DNA from: Jeotgalicoccus sp.
GTDB taxonomy: Bacteria > Bacillota > Bacilli > Staphylococcales > Salinicoccaceae
Direction of reading: 5' to 3'
DNA: 48,395 nt
NCBI GenBank assembly: GCA_036782755.1
Contig: DAIPYL010000006.1
Coordinates: forward strand, 1-48,395
Below are positions 1 to 8,129 of the stretch, in pieces; position 1 is the stretch's first letter, and each line of letters starts with the position of its first letter. Below the pieces are notes generated by a model, which was given only the letters and a program-made list of their open reading frames with translations, ran no database searches and was not told the origin of the DNA. The position numbers were made by a program, and so were the translations under genes.

Positions 1-55
1 TAGAACTTCCAAACTCTCCGGATTCCTATGATGAGCGTTCATAGAACTTCCAAAC
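1..55. repeat. End of a ~41-bp-period tandem repeat with a palindromic core, truncated by the window start
   Basis: TAGAACTTCCAAAC at 1-14 and 42-55. The unit contains the inverted repeat CTATGA(26-31)-TGAGCGT-TCATAG(39-44). Confidence 0.55.
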
Positions 56-67
56 ACTACCCCTGCA

Positions 68-99
68 CAAAAAAACGGAAAACCCCTCAGGTTCTCCGC
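68..99 (-). terminator. Rho-independent terminator of the his operon
   Basis: Minus strand GCGGAGAACCTGAGGGGTTTTCCGT followed by a T-run, just after the hisIE stop. Confidence 0.7.
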
Positions 100-118
100 T
101 TCACTCTTCACATCAACT

Positions 119-742
119 CTACCACTTCTCTATATCGTCACGAATACTGTATTCCTGTTTTTCACCGTGCCGCTCTTCAAGTTTATTCTCGACGTCTTTC
201 AGCGATACGCCTTCATTATTCAGCATCACCAGCATGTGATACAGAAGATCACTCGTCTCATCGACAAGTTCCTGTTTATCTTTATTTTTCGCAGCGATAA
301 TAACTTCCGTCATCTCTTCACCGCATTTTTTCAGGATTTTATCGGTGCCTTTATCGATTAAATATTTAGTGTAAGATCCTTCTTCAGGTTTCTGAATTTT
401 GTTCTGTACTGTGCGCTCCAGCGTCTGCAGGCTGAAATAGTCATCGTTAAAACAGCTTTGTGTGCCTGTGTGGCATGTTGGACCGTGCGGCACAACTTCT
501 ATCAGCAGTGCGTCCTGATCGCAGTCCAGCTGCATTGAAACAACTTCCTGCACGTTACCGCTCGATTCACCTTTTTTCCATAATCGTTCTTTGGAACGCG
601 AGTAAAACCAGACGACATTGTCTGTTTTCGTTTTCTCAAAAGCTTCTTTATTCATAAAGCCGTTCATCAGCACCTGCTTTGTATTCGTATCCTGCAATAT
701 GACTGACAGCAGCCCGTTATTTTTACTGAAATCCGGTTTCAC
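119..742 (-). CDS. hisIE: Bifunctional phosphoribosyl-AMP cyclohydrolase / phosphoribosyl-ATP pyrophosphatase
   Basis: WKKGESSGN, DCDQD, CHTGTQSCF (HisI); KILKKCGEE, DETSDLLYH (HisE). Confidence 0.97.
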   Translation of the reverse strand: MKPDFSKNNGLLSVILQDTNTKQVLMNGFMNKEAFEKTKTDNVVWFYSRSKERLWKKGESSGNVQEVVSMQLDCDQDALLIEVVPHGPTCHTGTQSCFNDDYFSLQTLERTVQNKIQKPEEGSYTKYLIDKGTDKILKKCGEEMTEVIIAAKNKDKQELVDETSDLLYHMLVMLNNEGVSLKDVENKLEERHGEKQEYSIRDDIEKW

Positions 743-1500
743 TACACATGCACCTCGAATCCATCGTCGGCGAGTGCCTGTTTTAATTCGCCAATCTGCA
801 CTTCTTCTCTATGGAATATTGATGCTGCAAGTCCTGCAGCTACTTTCGTTCTGCCGAACAGGTCTTTAAAGTGACCGATGCTGCCGGCACCGCCGCTCGC
901 AATAACAGGAATGCTGACCATGTCTGCTGCCTGTTCTAAAAACTCAAGATCGAAGCCGCTCTTCACACCGTCATGGTCCATGCTTGTAATCAGCAGTGCT
1001 CCCGCTCCGAGCTGTTCGCACTCAGCTATCCACTCTGCTGCTTTTTTATCTGCACGTTTCGTACCGCCGTGTGTATAGACATAGTAGTCTTCAAGGTCAT
1101 TGCTGAACTTGACATCTACAGCAATAACAATACTTTCACTGCCAAATTCTTCTGCTGCTTCACGGATAAACTCGGGGTTGGATAATGCTGCAGAGTTAAT
1201 GCTGACTTTATCAGCTCCTGCTTCAAGCAGCTGTTTAATATCATCTTTTGTTTTGATACCGCCGCCGATTGTCAGGGGAATTGATAACACGCTTGCTGTT
1301 TTGCGAATCGCATCAAGCATCAGTGCGTGGCCTTCCTGAGTTTTCGAGATATCCAGGAAGACAAGTTCATCTGCACCTTCTTCGTTATATCTTTCAGCAA
1401 GCTCCGCCGGTTTGCCGATGTGCTGCAGGTCGACGAAGTTAACACCTTTAACTACTGCACCGTCTTTAACGTCGAGACATGGTATTATTTTTTTCTGCAT
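742..1500 (-). CDS. hisF: Imidazole glycerol phosphate synthase cyclase subunit
   Basis: IIPCLDVKDG.VVKG, GADELVFLDI, GGGI, GADKVSINSAA, PVIASGGAG, AGLAASIFH. Confidence 0.97.
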   Translation of the reverse strand: MQKKIIPCLDVKDGAVVKGVNFVDLQHIGKPAELAERYNEEGADELVFLDISKTQEGHALMLDAIRKTASVLSIPLTIGGGIKTKDDIKQLLEAGADKVSINSAALSNPEFIREAAEEFGSESIVIAVDVKFSNDLEDYYVYTHGGTKRADKKAAEWIAECEQLGAGALLITSMDHDGVKSGFDLEFLEQAADMVSIPVIASGGAGSIGHFKDLFGRTKVAAGLAASIFHREEVQIGELKQALADDGFEVHV

Positions 1501-2201
1501 TATTCAATCCCCTCCCAAAATTCATCAGTGTGACTGGATTTACCTACGATTGCCTCGGTTATGCCAAGACTCTCCAGCTTATCAAGATCTGCTTTATTTC
1601 TTACACCGCCGCTTGCGACTACTTTATGACGGGTTAAATCGTTAATTCGTGCTGTATTTTCAAAGTTCGGCCCAAGTCCCATACCGTCTTTATTTATATC
1701 CGTATAGATAATTCCGGCCAGGTCCAATGCTTCGATTTCAGCTAAGTATTCATCTATTTTAACGCCGCTGTTTTCAGTCCATCCATTAATGTAAATGTCA
1801 TCTTCCTTTGCATCCACGCCCACGAATATTTTCCCGGGAAATTTTTTAACCGCTTCAATCAGCCACGGCACATCAATAATTGCACGTGTGCCGAGTATAA
1901 AATACTCAACGCCCATTTCATGATACTTCCTGATTGTTTCAAGTGAACGCAGCCCGCCGCCGATTTCAAGCGGCAGTGAAGACAGCTCTGACAGTTTTTT
2001 TACAAGATTCGATTCCAGCGCTTCCTGTTTCAGTGCACCCATTAAATCAACGACGTGAATTCTCGTTACCGATTTATATCCTGCATAGAACTCGAGTGCT
2101 TCTTCAGGCGTTCTTTTCATCTGTGATTTTTTCTCGTAATCCCCTTGTGACAAACGGACGTTCTGACCGTCAATTAAATCTATCGCCGGAATAATATTCA
2201 T
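1500..2201 (-). CDS. hisA: ProFAR isomerase
   Basis: IIPAIDLIDGQNVRL.QGDY, EIGGGLRS, IYTDINKDG, ASGGV. Confidence 0.96.
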   Translation of the reverse strand: MNIIPAIDLIDGQNVRLSQGDYEKKSQMKRTPEEALEFYAGYKSVTRIHVVDLMGALKQEALESNLVKKLSELSSLPLEIGGGLRSLETIRKYHEMGVEYFILGTRAIIDVPWLIEAVKKFPGKIFVGVDAKEDDIYINGWTENSGVKIDEYLAEIEALDLAGIIYTDINKDGMGLGPNFENTARINDLTRHKVVASGGVRNKADLDKLESLGITEAIVGKSSHTDEFWEGIE

Positions 2202-2248
2202 GTGAAAACTCCCTTTTCCTATGCTGTTTTAATCTGTATATTATTACT

Positions 2249-2833
2249 CTACTCAATAACACCTTTTGAAGAAGGCACGCCACTTTCCGATGACTGCAGT
2301 GCAATCTTCAGGCTGCGTGCAAAGCCTTTGAATATCGCTTCGATTTCATGATGTGAGTTGCCTGTTTTTAAAAGATCGATATGCAGTGTCATTCTCGAGT
2401 TCATTGCGACTGCATTAAAGAACTCTTCTGTAAGTTCCGTATCAAAGTCGCCGACTTTCTCTCTCGAAATAACTGCATTAAAGCTGAGGTGAGGTCTGCC
2501 TGATAAATCAAGCACGACACGTGCAAGTGATTCGTCCATCGGCAGGTACATTGAACCGTAGCGCTGATAGCTTTCTTTTTCAGCATACAGCTCTCTCAGC
2601 AGCTGACCGAGCACTATACCGATATCTTCAACAGTGTGGTGACCGTCAACGTATAGATCACCTTCCGCCTTAATATTTACGTACAGTTCCGAGTGAAAAC
2701 TGAACAGTGTCAGCATGTGGTCAAAAAATCCGATGCCCGTATCTATTTCAGACTCTTTAAAGTCCTTTTCATCATCTATTTCAACACTTAATTTTGTCTC
2801 TTTCGTTTCTCTGTCTTTGCTGTACCTAGTCAT
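2249..2833 (-). CDS. hisB: Imidazoleglycerol-phosphate dehydratase
   Basis: TGIGFFDHML, DGHHTVED, PMDESL, NSHHEIEAIFK, PSSKG. Confidence 0.97.
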   Translation of the reverse strand: MTRYSKDRETKETKLSVEIDDEKDFKESEIDTGIGFFDHMLTLFSFHSELYVNIKAEGDLYVDGHHTVEDIGIVLGQLLRELYAEKESYQRYGSMYLPMDESLARVVLDLSGRPHLSFNAVISREKVGDFDTELTEEFFNAVAMNSRMTLHIDLLKTGNSHHEIEAIFKGFARSLKIALQSSESGVPSSKGVIE

Positions 2834-3812
2834 ACGATTTACCCCACTCTGTAATCAGTTCTTTCAGTCTCGGATACTCATCTTCATCGATAATTGAAAA
2901 ACGTGCGGCATTTTTTAAATTCGGTTCATCGTACACTCTGCCCCTGTAGCCATTTTTATAAAGATATTCATATAAATCTTTCGCTTTGTCACCGTAAGTA
3001 AATACAAAGTTTGTATGCGTGGGTTTAATTTTAATGTGGCGGCGCACTGTTTCAAATGCGTCAGCAAGCGACTGCTGCAGTTTCTTCTGGTATTCAAACC
3101 AGCCGTTCAACTGAGCCTCATTGCCGAGTAATTCACTGCCCAAATTTAAAGTTAAACTGTTTAACGGATACGGGTGATTAATTCTCGTAATCGTTTCATA
3201 AGTTTTTCCTTTTGCGATAACGATACCGATTCTTAAGCCTGCCAGACCGTATACTTTGCTCATCGTACGGACGATAATGATGTGCTCGCCTTCCGGTACC
3301 GGGTGATCCAGTGCAAATTCACCGTATGCTTCATCAATTACTAAGTATCCTCCAATCGATTTCATTGCATCCGCAAGCTCATTAATAAAATGACTCGGCA
3401 GCAGTACGCCTGTCGGATTATGCGGATTGGAAATAAAGAATACCGATGGTTTCTTAGCTTTAATTTCACTGATTGTTAAATCATAATCGAACGAATAATC
3501 TTCACGGGACGGTACTGAGTAATACCGGAATCCCACCTGATTGGTATAAATCTGATACATGAAAAAGTCCGGATTCAGTGACATTACACCATTTTTCCCC
3601 AGTGTCATAATAATTTTCTGCAGCCATTCATCCGAACCATTTGCCACTTCAATGTTTTCCGGTGAAAAACCGTTACGTTCTGCATACAGTCTTTTGAAAC
3701 GTGTCAGTTCCTCTTCCGGATACACTTCAATATTTGTACGGTTGACCGCCTTAATAATCTGTTCTTTTGAAAGAGGTGACTTCGGTGAAGTATTTCTGTC
3801 CATACTGATCAT
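2826..3812 (-). CDS. hisC: Histidinol-phosphate aminotransferase
   Basis: NGSDE, SNPHNPTG, IDEAYGEF, RTMSKVYGLAGLRIG (PLP lysine); operon position. Confidence 0.93.
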   Translation of the reverse strand: MISMDRNTSPKSPLSKEQIIKAVNRTNIEVYPEEELTRFKRLYAERNGFSPENIEVANGSDEWLQKIIMTLGKNGVMSLNPDFFMYQIYTNQVGFRYYSVPSREDYSFDYDLTISEIKAKKPSVFFISNPHNPTGVLLPSHFINELADAMKSIGGYLVIDEAYGEFALDHPVPEGEHIIIVRTMSKVYGLAGLRIGIVIAKGKTYETITRINHPYPLNSLTLNLGSELLGNEAQLNGWFEYQKKLQQSLADAFETVRRHIKIKPTHTNFVFTYGDKAKDLYEYLYKNGYRGRVYDEPNLKNAARFSIIDEDEYPRLKELITEWGKSYD

Positions 3813-3813
3813 A

Positions 3814-5046
3814 TTATCGCTCCGTTCTAATATTTAATGACTCGTAGTGCGCATCGAGTCCTTCCTTTTGTGCAATTGTCTTCGCAGCTTCTGCGATATT
3901 ATTGTATGTTCCCTCTTTTAGATTAATCACTGCATGACTTGTTAAAAAATCATTAACATTCAGTCCATGACTGAAACGTCCGGTCTGATTCGTCGGCAGC
4001 ACGTGTGAAGGACCTGCTGCATAGTCACCAATTGCTTCCGGTGAGTATTTGCCGATAAAGACCGCGCCTGCATAACGGATTTTGCGGCTGATATTCTGTT
4101 CATCAGCATGCTGGATTGATACGTGTTCCGGTGCAATGAAGTTAATTACATCTATCAGTGCTTCTCGTGTATCTGCAATTTGATAATGATTGTTTTTCAG
4201 CGATTCACGAATAACGTCTGCCCTTACCTGAGAGCTGATTAAACGGTCCACCTCACTTTGAATACCTTCAATAACTTCCTGATTATCTGCGAGCAGGAAA
4301 GTCCGTGCATTCACATCGTGTTCCGCCTGGGCAAAAATATCGTAAGCGACTGCTGTATAGTCCGCGGATTCATCGACGTACAGTAAAATTTCGCTTGGGC
4401 CGGCAATCATATCGATACCGACATCTCCAAATACTTGTTTTTTCGCAAGAGCAACGTACTTATTTCCGGGCCCGACGATTTTATCGACCTTCTTAATAGA
4501 CTCTGTACCGTATGCAAGCGCTGCGATGGCCTGAGCGCCGCCCACAGTATAAACCTCGGTCACGCCTGCAAGATACAGGGCGGCGAATGTAATGTTGTCT
4601 TCTGTGAAAGTTGGCGTTACAGCAACGATATTTCCGACACCTGCCGCTGTTGCCGGAACTGCTGTCATCAGTACACTTGAAGGGTATAACGCTGTCCCTC
4701 CCGGAATGTAAATACCGATACGTTCAAGCGGATGATAGACATAAGAGAATTCACCATCTTCGAAGTCTTTATATTTTATTGACTGCTGATAATCGGCAAT
4801 ACGTTCTTTTATAAGTATCAGCGAATTTTGTTCGTCAATACTTAAATTATCAAAACTATTTTTCAATTTTTCTGCAGGCACTTTAAAATCTTCGATTTTC
4901 TGGCCATCGAACTGTGCTGTGTATTTTTTTAGTGCATCATCTTTATTCTGTTTTACGTCTTCTATTATAGAAAGCACATTATCGAGGCTTTCTTTATCTG
5001 TGCTGTCATCAGCTGTAAAATTTTGTTTAAAGGTCTCCGCATTCAT
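3814..5046 (-). CDS. hisD: Histidinol dehydrogenase
   Basis: GIYIPGG, GGAQAIAALAYGT, GPGN, DMIAGPSE, QAEHD, APEH, GPSHVLPT. Confidence 0.98.
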   Translation of the reverse strand: MNAETFKQNFTADDSTDKESLDNVLSIIEDVKQNKDDALKKYTAQFDGQKIEDFKVPAEKLKNSFDNLSIDEQNSLILIKERIADYQQSIKYKDFEDGEFSYVYHPLERIGIYIPGGTALYPSSVLMTAVPATAAGVGNIVAVTPTFTEDNITFAALYLAGVTEVYTVGGAQAIAALAYGTESIKKVDKIVGPGNKYVALAKKQVFGDVGIDMIAGPSEILLYVDESADYTAVAYDIFAQAEHDVNARTFLLADNQEVIEGIQSEVDRLISSQVRADVIRESLKNNHYQIADTREALIDVINFIAPEHVSIQHADEQNISRKIRYAGAVFIGKYSPEAIGDYAAGPSHVLPTNQTGRFSHGLNVNDFLTSHAVINLKEGTYNNIAEAAKTIAQKEGLDAHYESLNIRTER

Positions 5047-5648
5047 TCAATCACTCCAATTTCGCTTAAAAATTCATAGATGCTGTCTTCTTTCGTATAA
5101 AACGTCTGCTTATTCGCAATCAGACGCGCCTGGACGTCGAGAATCTTTTCGTATTCAATCAGACCATTATCACGCAGCGTGTTCCCTGTCTGCACGATAT
5201 CCACAATACCGTCTGCCAGACCGAGAATCGGTGCAAGTTCCACTGAACCGTTTAAATGAATCAGCGATACCGGCTGCTGCTGGTCGTTAAAATATTTGCG
5301 CGCTATATTTGTATATTTGGAAGCTACTGTGTTGAAGTGCTCAACATCCGGAGGCCCCGCTATTGCAAAATGGCATTTACCAAATGGAAGACCCGATACA
5401 TTTAAGTAGCTGAACACTTCTTCTTCAATAATATCACTGCCGACTATACCGATATCTGCAACGCCGCGTTCCACATAAACAGGAACGTCAGGTCCTTTTG
5501 CAAAGATAAAGCGAATGTCATCCACAATTGTATAGAGTGCACGTGATTCATCTTTTAATACTTTACTGTATTTATACAGTTCATATTTCTCCAGATATGA
5601 AACGAAATCATCAAACAAACGTCCTTTGGATAATGCTACTGTAATCAT
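5043..5648 (-). CDS. hisG: ATP phosphoribosyltransferase, short form
   Basis: ALSKGRL, DVPVYVERGVADIGIVG, GSVELAP, IVDIVQTGNTL; 201 aa. Confidence 0.96.
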   Translation of the reverse strand: MITVALSKGRLFDDFVSYLEKYELYKYSKVLKDESRALYTIVDDIRFIFAKGPDVPVYVERGVADIGIVGSDIIEEEVFSYLNVSGLPFGKCHFAIAGPPDVEHFNTVASKYTNIARKYFNDQQQPVSLIHLNGSVELAPILGLADGIVDIVQTGNTLRDNGLIEYEKILDVQARLIANKQTFYTKEDSIYEFLSEIGVIE

Positions 5649-6451
5649 AAAATCCCTCCGTCTGTCAGGTTTAATGCGATGCCGAATGCATTGCTGTTAT
5701 ACTCTCCACCGCTTAATATTGCTGAGTTGGAATTTAAAAATGCCTGGAAATATAAACCATTATAATAATTTTGCGGTGAACGGAAAGACAGATCCAGAAT
5801 GAATTTTGTTTCTTCTTCGTCCATTTTTTCTTTTAAATGTGCAATTGCCTGCATCACTTCTGTATCTCCAAAAATGCTGCTGACCATTTTAAACTGATCG
5901 CTGACTTTCGCACTCATGATTTTATATAAGTCGTGATTTTTGCCGAGCAGTTCACGAAGTTCTGAAATGTTTTTTGTATAGATGAGCTGACGCATTGTAT
6001 CCGGCAGATTATATTTTTCAATAAATAAATCAATCAGCTGATCATTATTTATAACCAGGGTTTTAATTGATGTTTTTGCACATTCTTCAACAAAATTCAT
6101 ATGCATTAAAAGTGCATTTATAATGTCCTCTTCCTCGGCTTTATAAATTTCGACACCAGCCTGATAGAAAGATTCGTTCTCTCTGACAACCGGTCCAAAA
6201 TAACCGAAACGTGTATCGTCTGAATAGAAGTTGCTGTTGAAATTCAGCAGCGTCCGAGTCCAGTCGCTGCGGATCGCATACATTGCATTATTTCTTTCAA
6301 ATACGACACTCGTCGGGTGATGGTATTTATCATCCATGGAAAAAGGTTCTATCATGTTCATATCAACCAGGGTGTAACCTGTTTCGTCGAGGAGTCCCAT
6401 ATATTTCTCTCCAAGAGCGAGTCTTTGCAAAATGAATTTGTTGTTTGTCAT
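5645..6451 (-). CDS. hisZ: ATP phosphoribosyltransferase regulatory subunit
   Basis: IRSDWT, YQAGVE, YYNGLYF, SGGEY (HisRS-like); first gene before short hisG. Confidence 0.9.
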   Translation of the reverse strand: MTNNKFILQRLALGEKYMGLLDETGYTLVDMNMIEPFSMDDKYHHPTSVVFERNNAMYAIRSDWTRTLLNFNSNFYSDDTRFGYFGPVVRENESFYQAGVEIYKAEEEDIINALLMHMNFVEECAKTSIKTLVINNDQLIDLFIEKYNLPDTMRQLIYTKNISELRELLGKNHDLYKIMSAKVSDQFKMVSSIFGDTEVMQAIAHLKEKMDEEETKFILDLSFRSPQNYYNGLYFQAFLNSNSAILSGGEYNSNAFGIALNLTDGGIL

Positions 6452-6467
6452 AAATACTCTCCTTTAG

Positions 6468-6487
6468 CACTTTAGCGAGATAAAGAA
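6468..6487. promoter_or_regulatory. HisR operator in the hisZ leader
   Basis: CACTTTAGCGAGATAAAGAA fits the CACTTTA-N6-TAAAGTG motif; an extra CTTTAG half-site at 6462-6467 lies next to the RBS. Confidence 0.75.
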
Positions 6488-6502
6488 TTGCCAATAAATA
6501 AA

Positions 6503-6531
6503 ATAGTAACAAAAATAATTCATATACACAA
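6503..6531 (-). promoter_or_regulatory. Putative sigma-A promoter of the his operon
   Basis: Minus strand TTGTGT-17 bp-TACTAT with an extended -10 TG. Confidence 0.5.
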
Positions 6532-6540
6532 CCATTTTCT

Positions 6541-6568
6541 TTATCACTTTAGTATGTTAAAGTGATAA
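6541..6568. promoter_or_regulatory. HisR operator (perfect palindrome)
   Basis: TTATCACTTTA-GTATGT-TAAAGTGATAA; 11-bp perfect arms. Confidence 0.85.
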
Positions 6569-6595
6569 TACAATTATTTTTACGGAGTTGAGGCT

Positions 6596-6883
6596 ATGCA
6601 GATTGATAAGTTAAAAGGGCGGGAACTGGATGATTTGTTCGACGGAATTCTATCGTTGGAAACCAAAGAAGACTGCTATAAATTTTTTGACGATATTTGC
6701 ACTTCCAATGAACTCGTTGCATTAAAGCAGCGTTTCCAGGTTGCAAAACTTATTGATGAAGGCAAAACATATTCCAAAGTTCAGGAAAAAACGGGTGCAT
6801 CTAGCGCAACTGTATCGCGTGTCAAACGCTGTCTGGACTACGGCAGTGAAGGCTACCGTACTGTTCTCGACAGAATAAAATAA
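6596..6883 (+). CDS. hisR: TrpR-like YerC/YecD repressor (HisR)
   Basis: FFDDICT.NE...LKQR.QVA, TGASSATVSRVKRCL.YG; divergent from his operon with matching operators. Confidence 0.88.
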   Translation: MQIDKLKGRELDDLFDGILSLETKEDCYKFFDDICTSNELVALKQRFQVAKLIDEGKTYSKVQEKTGASSATVSRVKRCLDYGSEGYRTVLDRIK

Positions 6884-6906
6884 CGCCAGGCGTTACTGCA
6901 ATTTCC

Positions 6907-6940
6907 ACAGCTGTGAACATGTGTTCACAGCTGTTCTTTT
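6907..6940 (+). terminator. Terminator after hisR
   Basis: ACAGCTGTGAACA-TG-TGTTCACAGCTGT followed by TCTTTT. Confidence 0.7.
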
Positions 6941-7059
6941 GTTTAGCCGCTTTTTATTTGAATTCCGGCGTGCGGATGATATATAGTGATTCAATCATTG
7001 GAACAACGCAAAATATAAGGAGTATATATAAACTCTGTCGGACTATGAGGGATATCAAA

Positions 7060-8088
7060 ATGGCTGAAAAGAAAAGATTCGCTGAAATTGACGCACTCCG
7101 CGGCATCGCTGCTATGATTGTCGTGCTTTATCACTACATTGTTTTTTATGATGAGAAATTTGGACATTTAAAAGAAAACTATATCGACATACTGTCTTTT
7201 GGACATTACGGGGTCCAGCTGTTTTTTATCATCAGCGGCTTCGTTATTTACATGTCGGTGCTAAAAGTAAAATCAACATCAGATTTTTTAACAAAAAGAG
7301 CAATACGACTTTACCCCACGTATATCTTTGCGATTGTCGTGACGGCTCTCGTTGTCGGCCTGTCATCTGTCGATACGCTTAAAACAGGTGTTATCGATAC
7401 GTTTATCAATATGACAATGTTCCAGGACTTCTTCGGCGTTAAAAACGTCGACGGCGTATACTGGTCACTCCGTGTGGAACTGACATTCTATCTGTTAATG
7501 GCACTGCTCCTGATTTTTAATCTGCAGAAGAGAGTTATGCTGTTTACCAGTATCTGGCTCGGAACATCTGCGATAATACAAATTACAAACGGTATTGCAG
7601 GTACAGAAACAACAGCATTGCTTGAGAAATTCTCCATGTCGAACTACTGTCAGATGTTTATCATCGGTATTATGTTTTACTACATTTGGCAGCACGGTAA
7701 TCATTTTAAATATTATCTGATGATAGGTGCATCACTGATATATGATTTCTCATTTGAAGGAATGACGAACGGTTTATTCACTCTATTTTTCATCGCTGTA
7801 TTTTATCTGATACTGAATGATAAAATGCAGTGGCTGAAATCCAATACGCTTGTTTATCTTGGAGCGTTATCATTCCCCTTATATTTAATTCACCAGAATA
7901 TCGGCTATGTAATTATTCAGAAACTCGAATCGCTCGGATTTCTGCATGAAGTATTTCTTGCTGTCCCGCTCGGAATCAGTCTTGCAGTCGCACATATGAT
8001 TCTTCACTATGTTGAAAAACCGAGTCACAACGTACTGTTTAAGCTTTATAAAGAAAGACAGCTGGCTATGCAGAATGTCTCGAGGTGA
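7060..8088 (+). CDS. Acyltransferase-3 family membrane O-acyltransferase (OafA/YrhL-like, no SGNH domain)
   Basis: IDALRGIA..VVLYH, GVQLFFIISGFVI, KRAIRLYP, YWSL.VEL.FY, LG.LSF.LYLIH, VEKP; start moved to ATG 7060 after GAGG. Confidence 0.88.
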   Translation: MAEKKRFAEIDALRGIAAMIVVLYHYIVFYDEKFGHLKENYIDILSFGHYGVQLFFIISGFVIYMSVLKVKSTSDFLTKRAIRLYPTYIFAIVVTALVVGLSSVDTLKTGVIDTFINMTMFQDFFGVKNVDGVYWSLRVELTFYLLMALLLIFNLQKRVMLFTSIWLGTSAIIQITNGIAGTETTALLEKFSMSNYCQMFIIGIMFYYIWQHGNHFKYYLMIGASLIYDFSFEGMTNGLFTLFFIAVFYLILNDKMQWLKSNTLVYLGALSFPLYLIHQNIGYVIIQKLESLGFLHEVFLAVPLGISLAVAHMILHYVEKPSHNVLFKLYKERQLAMQNVSR

Positions 8089-8122
8089 AAAAATTAGACG
8101 CCCGATTTCGGACGTCTTTTTT
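8089..8122. terminator. Bidirectional terminator
   Basis: AGACGCCCGA-TT-TCGGACGTCT flanked by A and T runs between convergent genes. Confidence 0.65.
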
Positions 8123-8129
8123 GCATTTA

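Noticed and set aside
1..55. CRISPR array
   Set aside because: Only two partial copies are visible, the linker is ~11 nt, and no cas genes are in the window.
119..6451. Missing histidinol-phosphate phosphatase as an anomaly
   Set aside because: It is commonly encoded outside the operon in Firmicutes, unlike hisH.
6452..6540. His T-box or attenuator leader
   Set aside because: The predicted leader is only ~45 nt, with no T-box motif, terminator or His-rich peptide.
6913..7059. N-terminal extension of the acyltransferase ORF
   Set aside because: It overlaps the hisR terminator; family motifs and an RBS point to ATG 7060.
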